The notes under the pieces are model-generated. The model made no database searches and was not told where the DNA came from. It worked only from the letters and a program-made list of their open reading frames with translations. DNA of 64,000 bases, from NCBI RefSeq assembly GCF_004010195.1, contig NC_057719.1, positions 42,431,820 to 42,495,819 on the forward strand, in the 5' to 3' direction. The position numbers and the translations under genes were made by a program. This DNA comes from Chiloscyllium plagiosum (lineage: Eukaryota). Positions 1 through 12,500 of this stretch are shown piece by piece (position 1 is the stretch's first letter; every line of letters starts with the position of its first letter).

Positions 1-22
1 TTGTTAGAAAAGTAATGAGTAC

Positions 23-125
23 CTCGATCAGGTGGAGTGATTGTTATTGTTTGTGCTGTAAATTCTTCATCAAAATATCTTGTGTCCATCTCAGATGTCA
101 CTTGAGGCTTAAATGGTGGAATTAG
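23..125 (-). CDS. AKT1: AKT1-like coding exon 12 ([37 protein letters not shown] tail with turn-motif T450 equivalent)
   Basis: aacag|CTAATT ... GATCGAG|gtactc; 103 bp; the last exon with the hydrophobic motif (S473 equivalent) is beyond position 1. Confidence 0.94.
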
Positions 126-821
126 CTGTTGAATATACAAAATGTTATTATTTCATTGAGCTCACAATAAAAAAAACTCAAATTGAAGATTATACTGGAA
201 TAAAAAGTGATCATTTGTTTGTGCAGCAGTGTCACGGAAACACAAAGTGGGTTTATTAAATACATCATTGACTTCCTGTTTTTTCACATTTACCAATATT
301 AGTGATGCTGGTTTTGGGAAGTGGAATACCTTCATTTTCAAGAAACTATTAGCAACATTCCTTATTCAGGTACAGCACCGCCATATGTAAAGTATCAACA
401 ATATAGCTAAGCCCCACCCTATGAAAAATACCCCTACTGTAACAGGGTGGTTGAGTGGTACTATAGCCAACTTCCCAAATTGGATTTACCGCACATTCTC
501 ACCTTCCAAACTCCTTTCCCCAGAATGCATGAAATGATGGTGCAGTGAGAACAAAGTAGTCAACAATTAGAAGAGGTATAAAGAACGACTGGATAACAGA
601 GAAAAAAAAAGTAGGATTAAACAAAATAGTGCAGTGTGGTCATTGATAGGATGCAGGGTTTACATCTGCAGTTCCTGCGTATTACAATTTTAAATTCAGT
701 GTTGAAAGACTTATTCAGTGCAAGTTAAGCCTCTCCGTAAATGAATACATTCAGACCAATTTTATTCAGTAAGTTCTGCACCTGTAGTACAAACTAGATC
801 AACTTAAATATATTTCATCAC

Positions 822-909
822 CTTTTTCTGATAGACATCTTGCCACTTGATTCCAGCAAAGAATTTGTCTTGCATTACTTCCTTTGCATCATCATAGCCA
901 CCACCCAAC
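822..909 (-). CDS. AKT1: AKT1-like coding exon 11 ([30 protein letters not shown])
   Basis: actag|GTTGGGT ... AAAAAG|gtgatg; 88 bp. Confidence 0.94.
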
Positions 910-2175
910 CTAGTGAGAAATGCAACATCTTGCATTTACATAATGGTCTTAAAACATGTACATTGAGATATTTTTCTATCTCGGATGCAAAAGGAAATAA
1001 AATTGGCCTAAGGCAAATAATATTCAAAAATGCACATACATGAAAGTATTTAGTCTGAAATGAATTTGAGTTATTTTGTTGTAAATTATATCACCATGTT
1101 AAAGTCTCACAGATTCAACAATGCCAATTTCCAACATATTACGAAATCATAATTACATTATACATCTCACATCACTTCATACAATTAATTACGTCAATTG
1201 AAGTTTAATGACTATAAGCAAACATATGAGTATTATCTTGAGATAACAGAGATGAGTGACTGGTTCTTCTGCTTTGTTTTGGATCAATTAACAGGGAAAA
1301 AATAATATCAGCCACAACACTGGGTGCCTTTGCTCGTATTTAAAATCAGTTATTGAAAATCTATATGTTGGACCTTGGTTTAATAACTTGTGTCTCAAGT
1401 GTAGCGTTTCTCAAAGCACAGTAACCTTCTATGCTACATCAGAATCTTAGCTGAAATTGAGTATTCAAATCCTGATGTGCAGCTCAATTTCTCAATAAGT
1501 ACCATAAACCAAGCCAAATGGGCAGAGGCAATGACAAATATTCTGCAGCAATTTCAGTTTATCTCCACAAAAGCAAATACAGCCATTCAATAGTTTACAA
1601 AACTAGTCCCACTCATCATCACTGGGTAAATCACTCCACTGCGCAGAATTATAAGATAACAGTACCAGAGAATATTCAGTAGCAAGATGCTACTGAAGGT
1701 GATTCAAAGTCAGCAGCCTGGTCAGGTAATGGTGTGCACCATGGAAGAACTAAGAACAAAACAAAAACTAAAATAGATGGGTTTTGTAAAAGAAAACGTA
1801 GTAACTTGAAATATTTCTGCCTTATTAATCACTTAATGCGCAAGTACACAAAATATATTTTATTGAAAGTTTTTTTTAAGGCAAGTATAAAAATGAATGG
1901 AATACAGTGAACTGATCAAAACTAGTACACATAATTAGCAACATTTACAGTTATTTAGTATTATATATCTTCATGTTATGCCTGATGTGGAATTCTTTAC
2001 AAAGTAAGTGAATGATAAATAATTTGAAATGTCATAGTTTTACACTCTATCAAATATTTAGCTAAAGTTAATTCATTGCTAAAGACTTTCAAAGCCAAAT
2101 CAAGGAACTGCTTCCAGATCTTAGGTGTGAGTAGAAAAACATTGCAATTTGTTTATAACATGTCTATGATCATGT

Positions 2176-2486
2176 GGGCGGCACGGTGGCACAGTGGTTA
2201 GCACTGCTGCCTCACAGCGCCAGAGACCCGGGTTCAATTCCCGCCTCAGGCGACTGACTGTGTGGAGTTTGCACGTTCTCCCAGTGTCTGCGTGGGTTTC
2301 CTCCGGGTGCTCCGGTTTCCTCCCACAGTCCAAAGATGTGCAGGGTCAGGTGAATTGGCCATACTAAATTGCCCGTAGTGTTAGGTAAGGGGTAAATGTA
2401 GGGGTATGGGTGGGTTTCGCTTCGGCGGGTCCGTGTGGACTTGTTGGGCCGAAGGGCCTGTTTCCACACTGTAATCTAATCTAATC
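2176..2486 (+). mobile_element. tRNA-derived V-SINE (HE1-type), full-length young copy
   Basis: A box TGGCACAGTGG, B box GGTTCAATTCC, V-domain GTGTGGAGTTTGCACGTTCTCCC...CCTCCCACAGTCCAAAGA, CR1-like tail ending (CTAAT)n. Confidence 0.9.
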
Positions 2487-2961
2487 ATTAGGATGCCCAA
2501 AATTCTTCAAAGTGTAGCAACTTGTAAGTTCAATTTGTAGACACCAAACAGCAACAACATAATTGGTCAGATTACCTGTTTCACTAGTAACACCTAAGGA
2601 TAAAATCGTTGCCAGCGGAAATGCTGGCCAGAATTAATACACTTCAAGATATTGCAAATAGAACCATTTACATCCACCTCAGCAGGTAAATGAGACTTTA
2701 ATCCAAATGGCCTTTCTCTCGTCAGTAAAACCTAGTTCTACAGGTAACATACATTAAAATGGCAGAGGATATTCTTATCTGGTAAAGAATATCTGGATAA
2801 GTATAGTGATGAAATTTCAAAAGCATATGCTAAAAACGTACAAATTTCTGAACCAAAATTTAAATTTTGATAGTATCAGCTTGCATCCTCTAACAGTATT
2901 CAAGCACTGCTCAGACTTGCAAACATTGCTGGTGCAATTATTTGTAATTATATCCCTTCTA

Positions 2962-3234
<273 letters not shown>

Positions 3235-4682
3235 TTATAGCAATAAATATGATTAGTTGTAAGATCATTTGAATGATCAAGCACTACTATAAAAGTGTGA
3301 ACAATTCAGATATTATTTTCAGCTTTTATAAGAATTGCTCACTTTGAATCACATCATGGCCAGGAAGGAAGTGCCAACCAATGAACAGTTAGGTACTCCA
3401 TTCGCTACAAGTGCACTTATTTTGGTAACTATATAAACAATCTGCATTCATTGTACAATGACTGGGAAACCTTTGTACCATGGCTTATCAACAAACATTT
3501 CCAAAAACAAAAACTACCTGATAAAAAATTATGAACCTTTTATCATCCCTAAAATAACCTGATTGTTCATTTAATATCCTCATATTTACTTTATACTTCT
3601 ATAGCACCGCTCATATTACAAATCTCTTTGAGTGCTTTATACGCACTAGGTTTGGGAAGAAAATGGAAAGAAAATTATAAGAGATGACCAAGTGTGTGTG
3701 GAGACAACGGTACAATGAAAAGCAATAACATACATGGATGTAGGAACAAACTGAGGGTTGAGACATAATGTCCATTGGATCTGCTGTCTAGTGAGAACAG
3801 ATAACCCAATCAAAGACGCAGACTGTGCATGGGCTGAGAAATAATGCTGGAGAAAACTAAAGGCAGATTATGAAAAACAATTAAAATGTGCAATTTGGAG
3901 TCACTTGCATATTATCATTGGAGAAGGATCCCAATATGAAGAGTGATTTAAGAATTTAGAACTATGTCACCAGACATGAAAAAAACTTTCAGGACTTGAC
4001 AGAGATGCTCAAGATCATGAAGCATCACAGAAAGTCTACAAGTTTATTGGCTGGCATTGGAAAGAAAGGATTGGAAGGTAAGAGGCTCAAACCCAAACAG
4101 AAGATCCAGATCTGACACAGCCAACTACTTAATCGAAATAAGTGTTTGTTTATTGGTTTTAACCATGTTCTATTCTCATGTTTTAATGTAGTATACATAC
4201 TGGTGGTAAAGTTAATAGAATACATAAAACACAACATAAAGTAGTGAATGGTATAAGTATATACGTAATGCAAATTCATTAAGAATAACAGTACAGATAG
4301 GATCTCAAAGCTGCAGTATATGGGACCTCAAGAATACCATTGTGCTCCAAGGTAAACTTTATGTGACAAATGTTTGAAATTTGAGCAGCTTTGCTCAGAG
4401 TACATGAGCTGGAGGTGGAATCACAGACACCGCAAAGCATCAGGGAGAGGGAAAGTTGTATCAGGAGGCAGTTACACTTTTTAGGATAGGGTGTGCTGAT
4501 AACGTCAGTGACCGAGGGAGGAGGAAGTGAGACAGGTCAAGGGACCTAGAAGACAGGAGTATGAGCCTGTGCAAATGTCCAACAGGTTTGGAAGTCTCTC
4601 AGCTTGATTGTATGAGGACAGGGCTATGGGATGGATGCGCTAGATGACCAAGGTACAGGAAGCCATTCAAGTGGGGTTGGGA

Positions 4683-4708
4683 TTAGGGTTAGGGCTAGGG
4701 TTAGGGTT
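4683..4708 (+). repeat. Short interstitial telomeric repeat (TTAGGG)4 with one CTAGGG variant
   Basis: ttagggttagggctagggttagggtt. Confidence 0.8.
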
Positions 4709-4769
4709 CAGGACATGTGCTCTGGGTTACAAAAGTAATAAAGAAAAATAGTTAAGGCACGTAGCATTC

Positions 4770-4986
4770 AAAACCAAGTAAAGGTTAATTTGCCATTGAC
4801 CTAGCAGACCATAGGCTACTGTTTCATTAGAGAGAGATGACTGATAGTGCTTTAACCCAAGTGATACCAAGCCACAGGTAAAAGGTGAGCTTGAGAAGTC
4901 AGGGCCTTCACGCGATCTGCACTCTGAATGGGAATTGAACCCGTGCATCACTCTCCATGCAAACCGGCCTTTCAGTCAACTGAGCT
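4770..4986 (-). mobile_element. Degenerate tRNA-derived SINE of another family (related copy at ~56685-57015, + strand)
   Basis: Minus strand begins AGCTCAGTTG and has B box GGGTTCAATTCCC; body resembles 56870-57015. Confidence 0.6.
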
Positions 4987-5098
4987 GCAAAACAGATGAA
5001 CTCGTAATCCAAACTGAGATAAATATGTACAATCCAGTGGCTATTATGGAGATGTGGCTGAAAGTTGACCTAGTTTGGGACCTAAATATAGGTGGGTA

Positions 5099-5317
5099 CA
5101 GTAAGTTCTTCTAATATGCAGTGGTTGTGATCTTGTGCAACCCCATGTTATAGAAAAGTCACACTTTAGAAACATCGTTTAAAGTATTGGTGATCTAGTC
5201 ACATTATAGCCAACTCACGTTTTAAAAGTTTGTGCTTTAGAAACAGTTTTCCCAATTTGTCAATCCCATTACAGCGAATACACATTAATGAAATGTGCAT
5301 TATAGCAGAATGACCTG
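5099..5317. mobile_element. Tc1/mariner-pogo-type MITE remnant
   Basis: TA|CAG start; imperfect ~21-bp terminal inverted repeats CAGTAAGTTCTTCTAATATGC / GCATTATAGCAGAATGACCTG; interrupts CR1 ORF2. Confidence 0.5.
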
Positions 5318-6278
5318 TGTGTTATATTTAGGAGACACAAGTTAGCTCAAAAAGGTGAAGAAGTGGCTTTGTTAAATAAATGTGACATTAGCTCAATAGA
5401 GAGAGAGATGATGTAAATTTTAGGAAACCAGGATTCAGAAGCTGTCTGAGTAGATGAGGAATAATAAAAGCAAAAGGTCATTTGTGAGAATTGTGTACAG
5501 CTTCCTAACATGGTAGGCCAAGGTATCAAGGAAGAAATAATGGATGCTTCTCAAATGGAAACAGCAATTGTCATGGGAGATTTTAACTGACACACAGACT
5601 AGAAAAATCATATGGGAACAAACAGTTTAGATGAGGAATCCATTGTATGCTTTCAGGACAATTTCTTAGACCAGCACTCAACCAAAGAAGCAGGCTATAG
5701 CAGACCTGGTTTTACCAATGAGATCGGAAAAATTACTGAACTATACTCAATGCAGCAAGCATAATATGATTGAATTTTATATATAGTTTCAGGAAAAGAA
5801 GTGTGAGCCCAAGATTTTGAATTTAAACAAGGGCAATTGAAGGGTATGTGATAGTGTAAACTTCAGAACTTTAATAACTGTTCATAAATTGAAAGAAGCA
5901 CCATTAGCTCTGTCTGGAATAAACTGTTAAGGAAAATGAACATATTCCTACAGAAATTGAAAACAATTAGCCATGTCTGGGAAAAGAGGGAGTCGAAGCT
6001 ACATGGACAAAACTAATTTGAGATCGGCTTGATAACTGGTTTCTTTATTGCCACAAGGACAAATTATTGCCCTGTAGAATAATTTGAGGAGTTAATCACA
6101 GGAAAGCTGCATCTTCAAATAGATAGTCAATGCCAAATGTAACAAGGAACAAGGAAGCTACCTCTAATAAGAAGGCAAGTTGTAGACTTGCAGTATTGCG
6201 GATGAAAGAATCTAAAACATCATCAATAATTTCACACCACAAACTTGAAAGAGAGAAAATTGTGTAAGGATTCAACTG

Positions 6279-7262
6279 GGACACAGAACTGGCTGGGCAA
6301 CAGGAGACAGAGTAGTAGTGGAAGGAAGTTTTGCATATATAAATGACTTGGAGGAAGGTATCAGTTGCCTGATTAGCAAGTTTGCAGATGACACTAAGAT
6401 TGGTGGAGTAGTAGATAGTGAAGGGGACTGTCAGAGAATACAACAGAATATACATAGATTGGAGAGATGTGCAGAGAAATGACAGATGGAGGTCAATCTG
6501 GAAGTTGAATTTAAGAGTGAACTACACCGTAAATGGAAAAGTCCTCAGGAAATTTGACATACAGTGAGATCTGGGTGTTTAGGTCCATCATTCCCTGAAG
6601 GTCGCAACGCAGCTCAGTAAAGTGGTCCAATTCTTTCCTTCATTGGACAGGGTATTGAGTCCAAGAGTTAGCAGGTCATGTTACAGTTGTATAGGACTTT
6701 GGTTCAGCCGCATTTGGAATATTGCGTACATTCCGGCTGCCAAATTACCAAAAGGACATGGATGCTTTGGAGAGGGTGCAGAGGAGGTTCACCAGGACGT
6801 TGCCTGGTATGGAGGGCACTAGCTATGAAGAGAGGCTGAATAGGTTAGGATTATTTTCATTAGAAAGACAGAGGTTGAGGGGGGACCTGATTGAGGTCTA
6901 CAAAATCATAAGAGGTATAAACAGGGTGGACAGCAAGAAGTTTTTTCCCAGCGTGCAGACCAAAATTACTAGGGGTCACGAGTTCAAAGTGAGAGGGGAA
7001 AAGTTTAAGGGAGATACGCGTGGAAAGTTCTTTAAGCAGAAGGTGGTGGGGACCTGGAACACTGCCAACGGAGATGGTTGAGGCGGGAATGATAGCATCA
7101 TTTAAGATGTACCTAGACAGATACATGAATGGGCAGGAAGCAAACGGATACAGATCCTTAGAAAATAGGCGTCAGGTTTAAATATAAGAACCTGGATCAG
7201 CGCAGGCTTGGAGGGCTGAAGGGCCTGTTCCTGTGCTGTAATTTTCTTTGCTCTATGTTCTA
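6279..7262 (+). mobile_element. CR1 LINE 3' fragment
   Basis: KFADDTK motif, ORF 6722-7081 ERVQRRFTR..LRGDLIEVYKI..TRGH, tail TCTATGTTCTAA. Confidence 0.9.
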
Positions 7263-7335
7263 ACACCAGAATTCCTCAGGATCAGAACTTTGAAGCTACC
7301 TTTAATAAGAAGGCAAGTTTTAGACTGCACGTGGT

Positions 7336-7476
7336 GGTTTGCACATGCTCCACATGTCGCTTTAGTTTCCTCCGGGTGCTCTGTTTCCTCCCACAATCGA
7401 AAGATGTGCAGGTTAGGTGAATTGGCCATGCTAAATTGCTCGTAGTATTTAGGGATGTGTTGTTTAGGTGCATTAG
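7336..7476 (+). repeat. 141-bp inverted copy of SINE segment 8487-8627
   Basis: 139/141 identity by eye to the reverse complement; flanked by CTGCACGTGG at 7325-7334 and 7477-7486. Confidence 0.9.
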
Positions 7477-8382
7477 CTGCACGTGGATCAAACCCTGGAC
7501 ATCAGCGACAGAAACTATTATTTGGAGTCGTAGCAAATTTCCAGCATTAATCAGGTCACAGCCAAGTTGAGTTGTAAGGCTTAACGTACTTACTTGAGGG
7601 GTCTTATTTTGGTTGCTACGTGCAATGAAGTTTCAGTTCTTGATTATCCATGAGACATTTTCATAAACAGCCAAATTAAAAGGTAACCAGTGGTGATTTA
7701 CCCAGGCATGAAAACAGAGCTAGAGAAAAGTGAACTGGTGATTTCGGATAAAGGATAGACCAATAGAAGTAGAATGGCAAACATTTAAAGGAACATACCA
7801 GAAAGTGCAGAATAGATACATTCCGACAATAAGAAAAATTAAGGGACGTACCCACCATCCATGGTTAACTAAAAAAATTCAAAGACAACATTAAACAAAA
7901 GATGTATAATTCAGCAAAGACTGGTAGCAGGTCAGAAGACTGGACAGAATATTTTTAAAAACTGCAAATTATTTCTTAAAGATTAATAAAAAGAGGGAGA
8001 AATTTAGCCAAAAATATAAAAACAGCCACAAAAGTTAGCAATGTGATTGGTGATCTGACAGAAAATGAGTCCAGTGAGTTAGCAATGGAGGACAGGGAGA
8101 TGGCAGATGAACTGACAGATATTTTTCTTCAGTCTTCATGAAGGAAGATACAAGTAGCATCCCAGAAATATTTAAATCATGAATAGAAGGTTGAGAGGAA
8201 TTCAAGAAAATTACTATAAATAAGGAAGTAGTATTGAGTAATTTTTAAAAATTGCATGTTGGCAAATTGCTGGGTGGGACTAATGGATTTCACCCTATGG
8301 TCTTAAAAATAGTTAGTGCATTGATTTTAATTTTCAAAAACACATTAGATTCATGAAAGATTCCTCTAGATTAAAAAATGAT

Positions 8383-8714
8383 ATAGAATCCCTACAGTGT
8401 GGAAACAGGCTCTTCAGCACAACAAGTCCACACTGACCCTCTGAACAGTATCCCACCCAGACCCATTCCCCTATATTTACCTCTGACTAATGCACCTAAA
8501 CAACACATCCCTAAATACAACGAGCAATTTAGCATGGCCAATTCACCTAACCTGCACATCTTTCGATTGTGGGAGGAAACAGAGCACCCGGAGGAAACCA
8601 AAGCGACATGTGGAGCATGTGCAAACCCCACACAGACAGTCGCCCGAGGCAGGAATCGAACCCGAGTCCCTGGCACTGTAAGGTAGCTGTGCTAACCACT
8701 GAGCCACCATGCCG
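8383..8714 (-). mobile_element. HE1-type V-SINE
   Basis: Minus-strand tRNA head GGCATGGTGGCTCAGTGG...GGTTCGATTCC, V-domain, tail GGGATTCTA. Confidence 0.9.
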
Positions 8715-8821
8715 TGCAGACAAGACTTATGTCATTCCTTTATTCAAAATGGGAGGGACGCAGAAACCAAGGTCAGTTTTATATTGGTTATAGGGAAATT
8801 GTTAGAAGTTTCTTCCTGACA

Positions 8822-9556
8822 TAAGTGGCTCAGTGGTTAGCGCTGCTGTCTCACAGTGGCAGGGACCTTGGTTCATTTCCAACCTCAGGCAAGTGTCTAC
8901 GTGGAATGTGCACATTCTCCCTATGTCTGCATGGGTTTTCTCCCACAGTCCAAAGATGTGCAGGTTAGGTAGATTTGCCACACTAAACTGCCAATAGTGT
9001 CTCGGAATGTGCAAGCTTGGTGGACTGGTCATGAGAAATACACAGTTTCAGGTATTTGGTGGGTGGGTCAGGGTGGGATGCTCTTCGGAGGGTCAGTGTG
9101 GACTCAATGGCCCGTTTCCACACTTGCCTGGTCTGGAGAAAATGTCTTATGAGGAAAGGCTGAGAGACTTGGCTCTGTTCTCATTGGAGAGAAAAAGGCT
9201 CAGAGGGGATTTAATAGAGACATACAAGATGATCAGAGGATTAGAAAGAGTGGACAGTGAGAGTCCTTTTCCTAGGATGATGACATCAACTTGTATATAA
9301 GGATGTAGCTACAAATTGAGGGGTGATAGGTTTAAGACAAATGTCAGCGGCAAGTTCTTTGCCCTGCCTGATAATGTAGTTAACTCAGCCACATTAGAGG
9401 CTTTTAAACAATCCTTGCTTAAGCGCATGGATGATAATGGAATTGTGTAGGGGGATGGGCTTAGATTAGTTCATAGGTCGGCGCAACATCAAAGGGCCAA
9501 AGGGCTTGTTCTGCGCTGTATTGTTCTATGTTCAATGTTCTATAGGGATTCTATGA
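8822..9556 (+). mobile_element. HE1-type V-SINE with a CR1 3' fragment (~9125-9541) inserted in its tail
   Basis: GTGGCTCAGTGGTTAG head; the SINE tail GTTTCCACAC...TAGGGATTCTATGA is split by a CR1 segment encoding PGLEKMSYEERLRDL..LRGDLIETYK. Confidence 0.85.
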
Positions 9557-12500
9557 TGACATGGTAACAGGGAACTTCAGTAAGTTCAAGGCAATCAGGC
9601 AGATCCAACATGGTTTAGCCAAATGCCAATCATGATTAACTAATTTATTGGAGTTGTTTGAATTTATACTATAGATAAAGGATAACCAATAGATGTATAG
9701 TATTTCAATTTCCAGAAAACATTTGATCAGGTACCACATCAAACGTTACTGTACAAAATAAAAGGTCATGGTGTTGGAGGTAATGTACTGGCATGATTAG
9801 AAGATTGGCTAGTTAACAGGAGTAGGAGTAAATTTGTCTTTTTCAGGCTGGTGTAATGTCACATATGGTGTGCCGTAGGGGTCAGCACTGGACCCTCAAA
9901 TTTTACAATTTATATAAATGATTTAGATGACAAGACCAAAGCTAAATTTGCTGATGACCCAAAGTAGGAAAGTGTGTTGTGAAGAGGACATAAGGAGCTT
10001 ACAAAGGAATATTGAAGGATTAAGTGAGTGAGCAAAGATTTGGCAAATGGAAAGTAATGTAGAAAAGAGTGAAAGCATCCATTTTGACAGAAAGAGTAAG
10101 AAAAAGCATATTATCTAAATTGTGAAAAGTTGGAGAATTCTGAGATGCAGAGAGATCTCGGTGTCCCAGTGCACAAATTCCAGAAGATTAGCATAAAGCA
10201 CAGCAAACAATCAGGAAAGCTAAGAGAATGTTATGTTTTATTGTGAGGTGAATTGAATGCAAGAGTAGGGAGGTTATGCTTCAGTTCTACAGAATATTGG
10301 CAAGATCGCACTGGAGTACTGTGTACTGTACAGGTCACTGCAGTTATGGAAGGATGTTAATGCTTTGAAAGCAGTTCAGAAATAGTTTACTAGACTGATG
10401 CCTGGAATGGGTGGATTGCCTTATGAGGAAAGGCTAGACAGGTAGGCCTGCATCCTCTGGCATTTCAATCTGAGCTTGGCCCTACTGATTTTAATGTCAG
10501 CTCGGCATTCCTGCATGCCCCCAGTAACCTTTCATCTCCTTGGTTAGTAGAATACACTTAACTTTGCCTTAAAAATATTGTAATATTCTGTTTGTATGAT
10601 GTGCATTCATAAATCACATTTTAGTATAGAAAAATGTTATAAGGTTTATCAAAGAGACTTGAAGGAAAGAGACACTGACAAATAAAGGAATAACATGGAT
10701 TACCAAAAGCTTAGCCAAAACATTGTATTTTAAGAAGTCTTAAAAGAGGAAATTTAAGTGGAAAGGTTTAGGGAAGAAGTTCATGTAAGTAGCAATAAAG
10801 CAGCTGAATCCTTTGAAGTCATTGATGAGGTAAAGTGAGGGAGACCATCCTCTTGTCAGAGAAATGGAGTATTTTAAATTCCAGATATGGGAGAACTGGG
10901 AATTAACATAGGTCTGCGCAGAAAGTGATGATATGCAAACAGGCCTTAGTCCAAAACATACAAGTGTACAATTTTTGAAAAGTTGGAATTCATCAAAGGG
11001 TAAGGCTGAAAGATGGGAGTGTTAGAGTCATCTGGTCTGAAGGTGATAAAAGTTATACAAGTAAAGAAAACTGCACTTAGGATTTTGATATAGAAATGAT
11101 CCATTATTTACCTAAAAAGTTGTATACTTAACTGAAAGGTTCTGAAACAATGCAATATAAAGGTTTCACCATAAACATTGATTACAGATACAGTACATTC
11201 TGAGAAACCTTCTATCACAATTAATTTATAAAGGGCTAAACCTATAATGGTCTGGATTCTAGGATAGAAATGATGACCATGCTGTCAGCTTTTGCTGTAA
11301 TTATTCTCTAAAACGGATTGTAACTTCAGAATGAACACACATGCAGTTAAACACATTCAGAAATTTCAGCTAGTGATTCTATACATTTTGATCAGGCAGA
11401 GTGAGAAGTGTTCATTGCCCCTCAGTTTATGACCTATTAGAAAATCAGAAAACTGACAAGAACTTTCCCTTTCACCCAACAATCCCAAAATGTAAGCTCT
11501 TGAAAATTGCACCTTGTCAATTGTTTGTGATTTAGTATTTGTTTATCCGATAGAAGCTGGGTTATTGAATTCATTCAGGCAATTGAACTTTTTTTTTCCT
11601 TATTCTCTCATGGGATTTAAGTGTTGCTGGCTAGGCATTTATTGCCCAGCCTTAATTGCCCTTGAGAAGATGGTGCTGAAATGCCTTTTTGAACCTTTAA
11701 AATCCAAATGATATAGGTACACCTATTGTGCTTCTCGAAAGGATGAGTCCCAGGATTTTGACTCAGCACCAATGAAGGAACTAATAGAGTTCCAAGTCAA
11801 GACAGTGTGAGCCATGGAACAGAAATTGTAAGTGGTAGTAGTGCCGAGTAAATGCTGCTTTAGTTGTTCTAGGTGGTAAGGGTTTGTAAGGGTTTGTAAC
11901 ATTATGTCTAAGCAGCCTTAGGTTGTTTGGAAATTTTATGTTTTTTTTATTAAGTTAACTGTGAATTTAAACTTACATTTCAAGGAAAAAAAACACTTCT
12001 TTTCAGTTCAGAATCAAATGTCTTCTGAAATTACCTCAATACATTCATAGGGTGATTTCATTGACCTCCTTAATAGAATTTTTAGCTGGTATAACTGCTC
12101 ATTTTTAATTCTTAAAAAGGTTTGTAGAGAAATCTAAAACTCATCTGCTGACAGGAATCTGAGCAGGTATTATGTTACTTACACACAGGTCTATTTACAG
12201 CAGCTCCTGCCTGAATGATTCAAACCAAACGACAGCTGGTTGTACAGCTGCCCCATATATGTATAGGAGGAACACAGCTGCTTGCCAGCCAGAATTCCAG
12301 GAGCTACACTCATCAACTCTTTTAAGAGTAATCAGAATCTTTTCTACTGCTTGGAAGGTGTCACTCTGCACCCAATATTCATGATAATCTTATCGACAAA
12401 ACAGAAAATTAAAAAGACGCAACTTTCCAAAAATGTTGTGGTTAATTAAATGCATCTTAATTATGATTAATCTTACCCTCCCCCTCTTCAGGTGCTTGCA

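Larger units (their letters stand above)
5849..7704. mobile_element. Solo-LTR-like insertion containing a nested CR1 and a templated SINE fragment
   Basis: TG...CA termini; flanks GGTATG (5843-5848) and GGCATG (7705-7710) form a probable 6-bp TSD; host CR1 ORF2 resumes after it. Confidence 0.55.
4240..10460 (+). mobile_element. Old degenerate CR1 LINE (ORF1 remnant, APE endonuclease, RT) broken up by many nested insertions
   Basis: Recognisable decayed CR1 ORF2 motifs in colinear order: GDFN at ~5576, KGN.EGM at ~5830/7705, HGF..KCQ at ~9608, KFADD at ~9943, LEYC at ~10311. Confidence 0.7.

Noticed and set aside
2176..2250. tRNA-like sequences with A/B boxes (also ~8640-8714, 42678, 60205)
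   Set aside because: They continue into the V-domain and LINE-like tail, so they are SINE heads, not tRNA genes
2121..2469. Recurrent short ORFs such as DCGRKPEHPEETHADTGR
   Set aside because: They are antisense translations of HE1 SINEs, repeated at each copy
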